Position numbers and translations under genes: made by a program. From contig CM106585.1 of the NCBI GenBank assembly GCA_048013815.1, forward strand, positions 15,252,001-15,316,000: a stretch of DNA of 64,000 nucleotides, read 5' to 3'. Within the stretch, counting starts at the first letter, position 1. Each line of letters starts with the position of its first letter. Of this stretch, positions 14,588-30,024 are shown piece after piece. Origin of the DNA: Setoptus koraiensis. Lineage: Eukaryota; Animalia; Arthropoda. A model generated the notes under the pieces. That model was not told the origin of the DNA. It searched no databases and was given only the letters and a program-made list of their open reading frames with translations.

Positions 14588-14903
14588 TCCGACCCGTGCT
14601 ACACGACCGATGATATTGTATGATTAAACTTGAGTAGGCATCACTGCATGACAGGGCGCCTTGAACCTCTGACTCAACTCTCTAGTTCGTGATATTAATA
14701 CCCGATTGTTGAGAGATTTTCACCTCTCATGGCTAAACCATAATCCATCCAAAAACACAGTTACAAAACCGTAAAAGCATCTTTTTGAGCAAAAATCAAT
14801 GAAAATGGTCATAGAGACGGTCGATTAGTTAGCTATAGCAGTGAATTTAGTTAGGCTAGTTATTTGTCACATATGATATGTTAGGAGGGAATGATATCAA
14901 TCA

Positions 14904-16304
14904 TCAACCACCCTTGTTGCCAGTGATGGAAGAGAAAAGAGAATATCGGGCCCGATCCACCATAGTTGAATGGAGAATATTTTTTCTCTCGTCGCCAACT
15001 AGACAGGGCCCATCGAAATTGTCCGAATTCAAGTTCCATGTCATATAACCGCCTAGGCCCATTTTCACGGCATAATCTACTTTGTCTTGCACACTTTCCT
15101 CATTTTCATAACTGATCCATGTTGACCCGGCCACAATCATGTAGGGCACACAGGCTTTTTGGTCGAAATAAAAGCGAGCATCCTTTTTTTGCATAAACTG
15201 ACAGACCTCTCTGTAGTCATAATAATCGCTTACTTTGCCGCCTTGTGGGCCCCATGCCAACATGAACGGCTTTGGTGTCTTCGAATCTGCCCCTGGCAAT
15301 AATAGGCGATAGCCTCTTGCGTAGGTGGGTATACCTAAAACTATTTTCTCTTTCGGTATGCCCAATGTGAGATATTTCTTGACTGACCAATCAATTGACA
15401 GATTACCTAATAAAGGTATTCTACTAGAGATTATTGGGTACAAGGGTGAGTTTGGTCCGGTAAACGGTGTGTAGTTTTTAAATAAATAATAGTCATATGT
15501 CATTAAATTAAACCAATCTAAATGTGGTGATATCTCAGCTATTTCATAGGCAGCGCCTAAAACTAATTCTTGGGCGGCCACTGCAGATGTCAATAGATAT
15601 CTGTCATCAAAAGCTAGCCTGAGACACTTTACAATCTCAGTGAAGCCAGTTTTTTCATCCAGCCGGCCGGTGCTGAGGGGCAGCTTGGGAAAATTTGGAA
15701 ATTCCCAGTCTAGATCCAAACCGTCCAGTTTGTATGCTTGCATAAAGTGTAGAGCCGATTGCGCGAACCTGAAATGAAATAGAAACAAACACAATGAATA
15801 TAATAGAAAAATATTTAGTTGGACTTCAACAATCACCGAGTAGCGAACTCACCTCTGTCTTATGGCCTCACTTTTGGCCGCCCTGACAAATCCTTGAAAC
15901 TCGTGCTCGTTGTAAAGTGACACAAGAACTTTTAGGTGGGGATAGGCACTTTTCAGTTGTGCAATTTGACCCAGATATTGCTGGTCCGAATTTGCGCCCA
16001 AAACGATGTTACCCTCGGAATCTAAACGACAGAAGGCAAATATGACATGCGAACATAGATTTCCGTCTATATGTTGAACCGCCATCTGAGTGTTGGGATC
16101 CATTCGGAAGTAGCAAACTCTCTTGAAGTTGTTCCACATTGCTGAGAATCGCCGATCTCTGGCCGCGTCAATCATGTTGTTTTTGTTGCTCATGGTTGGC
16201 ACATCAGAATAATATTGGTGCTGCCTTGGAGCCTGACAAATCGTTTGCTCTAAACATGCCAGAATGCAAATGAGGTGAGCCGTTATGGTTGTAAAATGCA
16301 TCAT
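14904..16304 (-). CDS. Secreted GH18 chitinase-like protein, single catalytic domain, no chitin-binding domain
   Basis: Exons 16304-15853 and 15768-14904 (1317 nt). Signal peptide, KRVCYF, catalytic LDGLDLDWE (DxxDxDxE), MTYDY and GGYMTW motifs. Confidence 0.9.
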
Positions 16305-17394
16305 ATGTCATGGTGATTGTATGCAGATCAATGACACTAATTAGTGCGAGCGGAAAATACATTATTAGCTAATTTAAGACTGAAGAAAAAGCACAATTCG
16401 TTATTGAATATAACGGATGAATAGCGCCACCGATTATTTGGCGCAACCAAAAGACAACCCTAAATATTGTTTGCCGATACCTAGTTGCGGCAACTGACTA
16501 ACAATAGTAAAATTTTATGCCTCACTGCATATTGAATTGCGATGATTGCTGGCGACATCAAACAGGTACTTTGATCGGATGAAAAGGATTATTGTACTCA
16601 CTTGTCAGTTGTCGTTGTGGTAGTTGTTTTTGTCGTTATTGTGGTGAGATGTCGACCCCCTCTTGGCAGTTATGCTGAATAGTTGTAACCTGGCTTGATG
16701 ATATAACTCTGTCAAACTCTTTATGCCGGCGAACATCACACACTGATTATAACTATTCTTGGATATCGGTATAGATATAAAAATCGAATAGATAGACCTC
16801 TATTGCTTTAATGTATGTATGTGTCGAAAAAAAAAGATTTGATGCAAATAAAGAATTTCCTCGCTCTCTCTCTCTCTCTCCGACACATTGTTAAACAAAC
16901 AGCTGATTACATAACAACGAACAACATAGAAACTGCAACACACCGTGTTATGCATTGAGACTTACTTTGTCAAAGAAGCCATGTTACGTAAGCGACGCCC
17001 AACATAAAGTTGTGAAAGAACTCTGCTGTCGCTGGCTGAACCAGCTCAAACTTGGAATGGCTCATGATTACCGTAATAAGTACTCGGAGCTGTTTGTGGG
17101 CAGGTGGGTGTCGGACAAACTATTCAGAATCTTGTCGTATCAGTTCAGTTAGCCTCAGTTGTGAAACCCTCTAGAGACATCTCGTCGAAATTTTTTCGGA
17201 AGATTGCCAGTATAATGAAAACAGAAATGGCGAAAACAGGAATGAAATACAATTTTTTCTCCTCATTCTGCTGATGAGATCGGCCCTATATATTCACTTT
17301 CAGTTGAGTTGATAGTAACTGCTGAGAGGTTACACAGTTTAATAAATCATTCGACCAAGTTTCGGCCAGATCAACCATGCTTGCCATTCCTTCG

Positions 17395-18222
17395 TTAGGG
17401 AGCACCGGCTCGTTCCCAGAGTTTTGTCAGCATATCTACGATTTCCGTGTTTCTGAGCGCCTTGGAGCCTGGCTGGGCAAAAGGAATTATATTACCATCA
17501 AAACCGCGTAAATGTTTCATGTATCCATCCATCTTGCCAATCAAATCTCCAAAGTATTCGTCTATCGAAAGATTGGCTGCTTCAGCTTGCGAATAATAGT
17601 AATCCCTAACAAAACCAACAACCGTATCGCCGATGGGTCCTTTTATTTTTGGATTCCAGAAGATCCTCTCTCTGTAATGATGGCGCCAAGCTAATAAAAC
17701 AGTAGTCTGAAGCGGAAACTCTGCTATCATATATTCCAATCCTGCATTGTAGATATAATAAAGATCTGTTCTTCGAGCCAGACCTTGTCTATTAGCTAGA
17801 GTATTAGGAATATCACAAGAAACCGTTCTTAGTGGTCCACCATCGATCTCTTCCTTTGAAAAGTTCTTGATTATCCAATAGGCACAAGCGGCCGTGCATT
17901 TATTGAGAGATGAACAATGCGAATTGTAATTTAGTTGGTTCTTCTCTACACGCAACCACTTTTCCCCGCTCAAACCATTAACCCGACAATGGCCAGATTT
18001 ATTCATTTCATCCTTTATGTATTGATATCTGCTAAGAAACTCAGTGGCTATCTTTTCATCCACATTGTTAGCTAATTCTGTCAGACCCAAGTATGAGGCG
18101 TTCTTTTGGGCCTGTTTGTATCTATCGAAATATTCTTTCCAGTTGAATTCTTCAAATGGAGGCAACTTAGCATTGATGATCTCCTTATCGGACTTTCCAC
18201 TCGGCCCTTGTGGCTGATTCAT
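17395..18222 (-). CDS. Orphan hypothetical protein, 275 aa
   Basis: Uninterrupted 825-nt ORF in AT-rich DNA with globular-protein composition. A possible acceptor (ctatttcag) lies at 18232. No family recognised. Confidence 0.55.
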   Translation of the reverse strand: MNQPQGPSGKSDKEIINAKLPPFEEFNWKEYFDRYKQAQKNASYLGLTELANNVDEKIATEFLSRYQYIKDEMNKSGHCRVNGLSGEKWLRVEKNQLNYNSHCSSLNKCTAACAYWIIKNFSKEEIDGGPLRTVSCDIPNTLANRQGLARRTDLYYIYNAGLEYMIAEFPLQTTVLLAWRHHYRERIFWNPKIKGPIGDTVVGFVRDYYYSQAEAANLSIDEYFGDLIGKMDGYMKHLRGFDGNIIPFAQPGSKALRNTEIVDMLTKLWERAGAP

Positions 18223-19501
18223 TGTCTGGTGCTGAAATAGTAATAATGAGGAGAGCAGTACTTTGCCAGATTGCGTAATTTTAGAGTTTCATCGACCGCG
18301 ATGCAATGGCGATAGGTTCCAACGGATATGGCCCCTCTTTCTTGATGGTATTCGTGATGAATGATTATTTATAGTTCGACGAAGTCGTATCGATGGTTGT
18401 CAGTCTCCAGGCCACACTTCGAGTCTTGATCTGTTTCAACATATTGGTAGAAGATACTGATCAGTGATCACAAATAGTAGCAACAGACAGTAGTGACAAA
18501 CATACAACCTTTTTTCTCAGATCAATTGTGCAACTGGAGACCATCATAGATTTACGTAATGATAATGTTCAGAAAATTACATATACATCAGCAATATGAT
18601 CTGCCCATATCGCAGTATCTGATCTGACTCCTCGAATCCAAATGCACGTGTCTTGCTTGTGATATATGGCCACACGCGAGGGCTATATTGAGACAATGAC
18701 AATAAACAAAGTTTGAAATCTGATTCGTTTGTATGCTTTTGCTGAGTTGAGGGTGATTAATGAGAGAACCAGCAATTCGCTTTTGCATAAATCTAGTCCC
18801 TCTCGCACCAAAAGGAATGAGAGCCCAGCACATTCCATGACCCCATTGGCACCGGAAACACCATCCAACAATTCACATCCAGTCACAATCGAATATCCGA
18901 CAGAGCCGACAAGTGAGCTTGCCAGCATAGGAGTCAGAACTGAATTGCGAATGATCTCTGTGAGAGCAAAACAAGGTCCGGTGGAAGTTCAACTATCTGT
19001 TGAAAATTTTATCATTTGATATTGTTTTTTTTTTCATTCGCCTCTCAGCTTCAATAACAATGCCGAATCGGTAGCCAATTCACGAATGAGATTCCCAAAG
19101 GTGCGACTCTACGAGATCTTTATAAAATTTTGCTGTTAATCAAGTTTTCACCGAAATGAGGCCTTGTTTTCGCTGAAATTATCCAACAATAAGCGCAAAC
19201 TTTGGCTAGTTACGATCGTTTCCCTATGCGCAGGATCAGACACTCACGTGCAGAATTAAGAGTGCACAGCTGCGCCGCCCTCGCGGAAAATGTTCGCATC
19301 AACGTTCGGGTTTCGCAAAGCAACCATAAGGTCTAACAATAATGTTACGTATTATTTGTCGACGTTGTATTGGTTCCGCATGTCAAATAAAGTTGCATAC
19401 AGACACACAATCGACCATGATATCATATCGATCAATAAATAGACTGTTAACATAGACAAATGTAGAAACATTCATCACTACGCTAACAACTAGTCATTGA
19501 T

Positions 19502-20830
19502 ATGAGCGATATCATCAAGTCAATCAACAAGGACAAGTCATTGTCTCCGGGCAACAGCCAGCAAACCTCTTCTGTGCACGTAGCCAATAAATCTCCAGAT
19601 ATTATCTCAGATGGTAGGCTCGTTGATTCAAATACTGCTCTTATGAGTGATATTGCTAAGCAGCCATCAAAAACAGCTGTCAATGTTCCTCAGACACCCT
19701 TCGATCTGGAGTGGATATCCTGCGAGCCGGCCATAATTCACAAAAAAACTCCAGATACACCCAAAGGAGCGATCAACAAGGGCATTTCAGCTAGTACTAA
19801 GAGCTTATTTAGACTCAAGTCAAATAGTATGGATACAACAACAAAACAATTGCCACCACCTGTCCCAAGCGTGCCACCAAATACCAGCGTTTCTCCAACG
19901 CAAAGCGATGTATTCTTCTCGGGCAATACCCCTCTCACCAGTACAATAGAGCCATTGGTGACAAAAGATGCCTCAGTTGTCGAACTCAAGATAGACGAAG
20001 AGGAATACAACGATGATATATCGGTTCAAGTTCTGCATGGACAAATACCGGATCATGACGACCCAAAACGAAAATCCACTTTCGATGAACTAGACGAACC
20101 AATAATCGACACGCTGCTACACGATCTTCGTGGAATTTACAGCAAAATGAAACTAATCGTTCTACCAATGTCGTCCTATGATACTTATAGGATTGCTCTG
20201 AGAGGTTGGGATTTGTGGGGTCCACTCATTCTGTGTACATTTCTTGCAATCAATCTCCATCATCCCGAGAGTATGGATCGACATTCAGGCCCACATTTTG
20301 CGGAGGTATTTGTTCTCATCTGGTTTGGATCTTGCACAATAAGTCTCAACTACAGACTGCTATCATTAACTTCCTCTTCTCAACGCGATCATCTCAATGA
20401 GTCTATCCCAACTTCGCAGCAAACATCATCATCGATTAATAACGTTGGAAATATGCTCTTCCCTGGAAACGATATGCCACAACAGGAACACGATACCGCT
20501 CAGCAGAATCAGGATAGAATGAGACAACCTAAGGCAATCATGGCACCACCCTCAATATTTCAATTGATGTGTGTCTTTGGTTACTGTCTAGTGCCCCCTT
20601 GTTTTGGCCTAGTGCTAATCAAGATACTTTCGTTAAGCTTCGATTTTTCACTTCATGCGCTATTCTCCGAAAAGCTGATCATTGGTATGATATTTGGTTT
20701 CTTATGGCCCACATTTTGCTCGGTTAAGATATTGATACGATATCAAGAGAAAGATAAACGCGTTCTGGCTATATACCCAATAGGTCTTTTCTATTTCATT
20801 CTGAGCTGGATGATTATTCTAAATCATTAG
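19502..20830 (+). CDS. YIPF6: Yip1-domain Golgi membrane protein YIPF6, intronless
   Basis: STFDELDEPIIDTLLHDL, WDLWGPLILC, GPHFAEVFVLIWFG and SIFQLMCVFGYC motifs, with multiple TM segments. Confidence 0.9.
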   Translation: MSDIIKSINKDKSLSPGNSQQTSSVHVANKSPDIISDGRLVDSNTALMSDIAKQPSKTAVNVPQTPFDLEWISCEPAIIHKKTPDTPKGAINKGISASTKSLFRLKSNSMDTTTKQLPPPVPSVPPNTSVSPTQSDVFFSGNTPLTSTIEPLVTKDASVVELKIDEEEYNDDISVQVLHGQIPDHDDPKRKSTFDELDEPIIDTLLHDLRGIYSKMKLIVLPMSSYDTYRIALRGWDLWGPLILCTFLAINLHHPESMDRHSGPHFAEVFVLIWFGSCTISLNYRLLSLTSSSQRDHLNESIPTSQQTSSSINNVGNMLFPGNDMPQQEHDTAQQNQDRMRQPKAIMAPPSIFQLMCVFGYCLVPPCFGLVLIKILSLSFDFSLHALFSEKLIIGMIFGFLWPTFCSVKILIRYQEKDKRVLAIYPIGLFYFILSWMIILNH

Positions 20831-21370
20831 TTACAATGTGATAGGCTTAGTATTGTTGTTAGATAATATACTTATATAAATTTTCTATCGTAATTTTTAC
20901 AACCATTCAGTGTTCACTTAACCCAATCAACCATTCGAGGTGTCTTTATTAAATTTAAAGCTGGTGCATGATCATATCAAATGACTACATACCACATCTC
21001 ATGCGTAGAGGATATAATGCATAGCTAACAAAACTATCTTCATTGAGTGAGTTGTTTATATATTGAAGAAAATGTGATTTGAATATACATAATAATTGAA
21101 GCTGACAACGACTGTGAATTGTTGTGAGCATTATTATTCATCTTTTAGGTATTTTGAAATACAAGTGATAATAGAGTTAAATCACAGGCCCGTATAATTA
21201 GTCCATGGATAACTGCATGATTCCATTTGAGACTTTATTGCGGAGAATAGATGAGAAAGCAGGAGAATCTCAATGATGAGCAAAGGGCTGCACCGATTAA
21301 GGCGATACCATGCTTGATCTAGTCGCGTATAGACATTGCGTTGAGAATTGCAGCAGTCATCCTTCAAAAA

Positions 21371-24935
<3,565 letters not shown>

Positions 24936-24959
24936 TCAATTACAGTTACAAATACAGAT

Positions 24960-25400
24960 GCAAATACAAATATATATAGATATATATATATGTATATATA
25001 TATAAATTAATGTATAAATGTAGTGCTAGCGATGGAAATAATATTGATGTACAATCGTAATAGTAATAATAATAATGGAGATGGTGATTATGATAATAAT
25101 AATAAGAAGAAGAATAGTAATAATAATAATAATAAATAATAATAATATATAGTATCAGATATGGGTTTTGTGTATGTGTGTATATGTTAAATTGTATGTG
25201 TGTATGTGTAAGTAAATAGCGTCTAGAACTGTAACACAGTGAGCGAGTGAATGTTTGTCTGTTTGTCTGTGTGTCTGTCCGTCCGTCTGTCTAAGAGCGA
25301 GTGTATGTCTCTTTATATAAGGTGCTTGTGGCCACTTTAGTTCATGTGTGTGTGTGTGTGTGTGCGAGTGTGAGTGTGTGTGTGTGTGTGTTTATCTGCT
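24960..25400. repeat. AT, AAT and TG microsatellite-rich tract upstream of USP7
   Basis: (TA)n, (AAT)n and (TG)n runs are visible directly. Confidence 0.8.
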
Positions 25401-26049
25401 GCTGTAGCTGCTGCCGTCTCTATGCGTCCGAGACATCGGCAATCACCGACAGTGAAAATATCCACACTATTAACAGTAATGATAGTAGGTATCACGGATG
25501 GTGAAATTAAACATCCATGATACTTTACTGCAACAGAGCAAAATTCAACAATTTAATTAGTCCTAATGGCGAGTTGATAAATTATTATTGGCTAGTTGTT
25601 TGTGTGTGTGAGTGTTGGTTTTTTAATGTGTGTCAATGATTGTTCTCTAGTTCACGCTTCCTGCTGCCTCCATCGAACAGATAGGTGTCTCTCTGTCTCT
25701 GTTTGTCTGCCTGCTAAACCATACAGAAATGGGCTCTTTAGTGAAAGCGTTATGTAGTTAGTCTACATGGTAGGCTGCCATGGAAATAAATGACATGGAA
25801 ACACAGATATATATATGTATATATATCCCCATTATTTGTTCAGCGAATCTGGCCAAGTTCAAGTTGTCTCTATGTAAAGATATATTCAATATATTACAAC
25901 AACAGATAGATCTCATCAAGAGAAGGGTGTAACATGAATAGTTTTAATTGACACCGTGTGCGTGTGTGCTTTCATCCAATACCGTAGCTTACTTGTTAGA
26001 GGGGAAAGATGCCTGTGAATGTTGATGAAAGAAACGATGCTCGTAGCTG

Positions 26050-27600
26050 CATCGCTAGTGATTCTCTCAAGAGGGCGCTCAAGACGTACAAGAATGCCCT
26101 GTCAAGGGCTGTGGTGTCTCTATTTAGTTTGCATTATGAGCGCCCTCACGAGGAAGCTGTTAAACTACTTGCAATACTTGTGTATATATGGCACATGAAT
26201 AACAATTTTGTTACAACAATCTGTGCACAACAACAGTAGTGATGATAAGTATCTCGTGCACCTAAATTAATGATATATTGCCTTTATCAATAGCGCCAAC
26301 TGGCGCAGCAAATGTTCCATGAGGCACAGTGTGTCCATTGGCAGCATGCAAAACATGAACCAGGTGTTTGTGTCAGAGGAAACTAAACTTTTGTTACACC
26401 CTTTACGCATGATTCGCGGTGCATGTGTCGCTATCGGTTGTGATGTGTTGTGGCTATTGCGGCTATTGCGGTTGGGGCCGTGGTGACCGTCACCGCCGCC
26501 TCGCTCGGCCCTCGTTCGTTCGCGCATCCCTCCCACACCACTCACCTTTCGATTGTTCGAGTCACACCGTAAACTGCATATACACTTGCACTGACCGGTG
26601 AGAGCGCAGCGCCCGCTTCAAGCGTCTCTGGTCGCACCAAAAGAGAGGTGTGCGAGAGTGTGTGTGTTTGTGTGGAAAATTTCCCATACACATGCAGCAG
26701 CATGAGTAGCTCGAGCCAAAGTCACGAGGAAAGAATCGCCGACACAGACGAAAATCAAGCTGGCTAGCGCCACTTAAGCCGCTGCAAGCCGTCATACTGA
26801 TGCGTTCTAATGTGTATAAAATGCTGCAAGAAATGTACAAATGTCAGAACCACACATGCCGTTTCTGCAGCCACCAATGTTCACAAGTACAGCGTGTCTC
26901 CCCGTCAGTGGCATCGATCTTGCAGGCCATTCTGCAGACCATTAGATGATGCATTTCTGCGCACACGGACGCACTGTCAATGCTGCGCGCACAAGGTTTC
27001 CATGCCTTGCCAAAATGTTCTGTACACCCTGGACAGTTCCATGCATGTTCATCTGTGGTCCACGTTCCATGCAGCCCATGCAACTCATGCAGCAATGATC
27101 TGGGATTCGTTGCCGATGACCAAATCTTCAAAACTAGTCAGTCCGCGAGGGCGGCGCTCCAAGCTTTCACAATAGCCAAGTTTAGTTCTCGTGATGGGTG
27201 CTCGGTTACAGAGCCTATGCGATCGTGCCTTGTTGTTAGTCTGCGTGCCCATGCAGAGTGAGCGAATAATGGCAGAAACAATTAACGAGACACGGCGTCG
27301 TCACGGCGGTGCCTGCAGTCTCGCTTGCAACGTGCAACCAGTGCCCCTAGAGGATTAGCGTCACATCAATTTTTTGGCCTTGCCCAATGGACCATACAAT
27401 AAACAAGATTCATATCGAGCACATGGGCAACTGGTTTGGTTTCAAAACAAGGCGGCGGTTCCCGAATCTCTGGCAAAAATTGATTTTCTCAATTTTCTGA
27501 CACCAAAGATAAACTTTCCTGTGAAAAAACGATCCGGACACTTGTTGGCTCTTTCAGACTTTCAACTAAAGCTGTACAAAGTTATCCGCTCATCGATAAC
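26050..27600 (+). mobile_element. Possible highly decayed hAT transposase relic
   Basis: Ordered, frameshifted fragments: CPVKGC (~26075, zinc-finger-like), HCQCCAH (~26970, like the hAT CxxH motif) and WFGFKTRRRFPNLWQKL (~27430, like the hAT dimerisation domain W....FPNL.KL). No TIRs found. Confidence 0.3.
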
Positions 27601-27661
27601 AACTTTGGGGGCCACAACCATCAACTGACCGATAATTCAGCAGCAGCCGGAAAATCCTAAG

Positions 27662-28909
27662 ATGGAAACTGACGATACTGAAGAGGCTTGTAAAGAGGCT
27701 ACTCTCAGATTTGTCGTAGAGGAAGTGAGCAAACTGGAAATTAAAGTCTTTAGTCAAACACAAAACATGGAACAGCCACAACCATCAACTGACGGCGACC
27801 CGATAATTCAGCAGCAGCCGGAAGATCCTAAGATGGAAACTGACGACACTGAAGAGGCTTGTAGTGAGGCTACTTTCAGATTTGTCATAGAGGAAGTGAG
27901 CAAACTGGAAGATAAAGTCTTCAGCTCGGCCACATACATTAGGAACTTGCCCTGGAAGATTATGGCCATGCCACGTGCTGGTCGACAGCGCCATAGGCAC
28001 CAAAATTCCAATTCAACTCCAGCCTCTAAGAGTTTGGGCTTTTTCCTACAATGTAATGGTGATTCAGAATCAACAACATGGTCCTGCGAAGCCCAGGCAG
28101 AATTGCGTATTATACCCCAAAAAGAAGGCTCTCGGCCTATTCATTGCCGCTTTCAACGTGTATTCAATAGTGAAGTAAATGCTTGGGGCTCTCGTCATTT
28201 CATATCTATGCAAAAGCTGTTGGATCCCGAGAGGGGTTTTGTTAAAGATGATACCATCATTTTAGAAGTATGGATCTCAGCTGATGTACCTCATGGCGTC
28301 AATTTTGACTCTGACGTGTTAACTGACGACTCTGACTTGTTAACTGACGACTCTGACGTATTAACTGACGACTCTGACGTGTTAACTGACGACTCTGACG
28401 TGTTAACTATCGACCATGAACTGGCTTGTAGTGAGGCTACTCTCAGATTCGTCGTAGAGGAAGTGAGCAAACTGGAAGATAAAGTCTTCAGCTCGGCCAC
28501 ATACATTAGGAGCTTGCCCTGGAAGATTATGGCCATGCCACGTGCTGGTCAACAGCGCCATAGGCACCAAAATTCCAATTCAGCTCCAGCCTCTAAGAGT
28601 TTGGGCTTTTTCCTACAATGTAATGGTGATTCAGAATCAACAACATGGTCCTGCAAAGCCGAAGCAGAATTGCGTATTATACCCCAAAAAGAAGGCTCTC
28701 GGCCTCTAAATCGCCGCATTCAACATGTATTCTATAGTAAGGAAAATGATTGGGGCTTTAGTCAATTCATATCTATGCAAGAGCTGTTGGATCCCGATAG
28801 AGGTTTTGTTAAAGATGATACCATCATTTTAGAAGTATGGATCTCAGCTGATGTACCTCATGGCGTCAGTTCGGACGCTGAAGTGGAGACAGATGACAGT
28901 TTCATCTAA
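27662..28909 (+). CDS. USP7-derived MATH-only protein A: two full MATH/TRAF domains plus a truncated N-terminal copy
   Basis: From 27755 the sequence is near-identical to the reverse complement of the USP7 5' UTR and start (aaacacaaaacATGGAACAGCCACAACC; ATG 27767). It contains two domains from ATFRF... to [13 protein letters not shown] and no catalytic domain. Confidence 0.85.
   Translation: METDDTEEACKEATLRFVVEEVSKLEIKVFSQTQNMEQPQPSTDGDPIIQQQPEDPKMETDDTEEACSEATFRFVIEEVSKLEDKVFSSATYIRNLPWKIMAMPRAGRQRHRHQNSNSTPASKSLGFFLQCNGDSESTTWSCEAQAELRIIPQKEGSRPIHCRFQRVFNSEVNAWGSRHFISMQKLLDPERGFVKDDTIILEVWISADVPHGVNFDSDVLTDDSDLLTDDSDVLTDDSDVLTDDSDVLTIDHELACSEATLRFVVEEVSKLEDKVFSSATYIRSLPWKIMAMPRAGQQRHRHQNSNSAPASKSLGFFLQCNGDSESTTWSCKAEAELRIIPQKEGSRPLNRRIQHVFYSKENDWGFSQFISMQELLDPDRGFVKDDTIILEVWISADVPHGVSSDAEVETDDSFI
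28307..28408 (+). repeat. 21-bp coding minisatellite (GACTCTGACGTGTTAACTGAC x ~5) encoding (DSDVLTD)n
   Basis: In-frame tandem units between MATH domains 1 and 2 of protein A. Confidence 0.95.
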
Positions 28910-29020
28910 TGTCCTTACAAGAGCTCAAGGATTCTGACTCAGAATTTCCGAGAAAGGTTAGAGGTGACAATATTTCAGAAGAATTCTAGAAGCGTACGTT
29001 TCAGCTAGTGCACCTTGCGA
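28895..29020 (+). pseudogene. Decayed MATH C-terminal fragment (older relic)
   Basis: Translates as MSLQEL... and ILEAYVSASAP, resembling ISMQEL...[12 protein letters not shown] paralogous relic lies at ~33625-33740. Confidence 0.55.
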
Positions 29021-29203
29021 TCTTAGTAGAGGTAGCGGAAAGAACGGGTCCCTGTGTCCCTTTTGTTAACATGAGTATATGTGTTTAAAATATATTTATA
29101 TATTTTATAAATTCAATTTCCCTTCGTTTATATCAAATACACAACAATTCACCCAAGCTCAACAGTTGAATTCACATACTTTGGCACACTAGGAATATAA
29201 TAA

Positions 29204-30024
29204 TCAAACCCTAACCTTCGCAGATATTGGTTTCCTTGCTTATCTGGCACCGCCTCTGAAATGAAGGCAAACTTGTCCGAGCCCAATATGCTAGATGAAC
29301 CGCTATTCAAGTTGTATTTCAGCACTCCTGACTGTTGTTTGCATGTGCGGTAAACTATGTGCCCAGATTTTATCTCAAAAATGATCGTATCAAGAATGGG
29401 ATGCTTGTAGAAATTCTTCTGCACGTATTCCAAGAGATACCCAACAGAGTAGGCCAATCTTCCGAGCACTAAGCCCAAACCCAAACACTATTCCAGTAGC
29501 ATCTAGATCGAACATGCTCCAGATAATAGCGTCCAGTGGCCATTTTCTACTTGATACTGTAGCGTACACTATGTTGGGGTCAACAGGGTCGAAAGCAAAG
29601 GAATTGAAAAGGCCGTGGAAATTCTTGTCTAGATTTGCCATGAGATGTTTCTTAGTTCCGGTCTTGGGATTTATCGAATACAATCCTTTATAGGAGTCAG
29701 CAACAAACAGCGTTCCGTTGAGATATCTGACTTGCAAGGCTCGGCCACATTGTGGCATGAATTCGGCAGTGTTCAACACTTTCTCTGCGACAATAGTTAT
29801 AATTGGAGGGAGAGAGCATATGTTCATTTGTTAGATAAAGTCTATATGGGGGGTAGTTGTTGAAGGAATGAATGAAGTGAGTAACTAACCACAAAGTTTC
29901 GCCGACGTCATCCTGGCGACCTGTCGCATTGGATAGTCTTTCTTTTTCGTGTCTATTTCGACTATTCGCCAATCAACCAGGCCCGTGTAGAGCAGGCCGT
30001 TGTTGTCGGAGGCCAAAGACTCGG
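29204..30024 (-). pseudogene. Truncated APMAP/hemomucin pseudogene
   Basis: Near-identical to 33924-35095 including the intron. It lacks the first ~215 nt of CDS and carries a ~25-bp and a ~0.33-kb internal deletion. Confidence 0.9.

Noticed and set aside
18588-19019. Short overlapping ORFs on both strands
   Set aside because: Non-ATG starts, low complexity and no motif; insufficient support.
26300-26420. VFVSEETK resembling the Tc1/mariner VLFSDESK motif
   Set aside because: The catalytic Asp is absent and no other DD34E motifs follow.
27214-27660. Possible spliced signal-peptide exon (MRSCLVVSLRAHA, GTGAGC donor to the CTTTCAG acceptor) for the MATH genes
   Set aside because: The spliced product is out of frame with the MATH ORF in both units, so there is no support for secretion.
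29024-29060. TAGAGGTAGCGG...CGGGT (also at ~33745) resembling the MITE left TIR
   Set aside because: Only 9 bp match, and it faces away from the MATH genes with no partner end or TSD. It does not support transposon capture of the MATH units.
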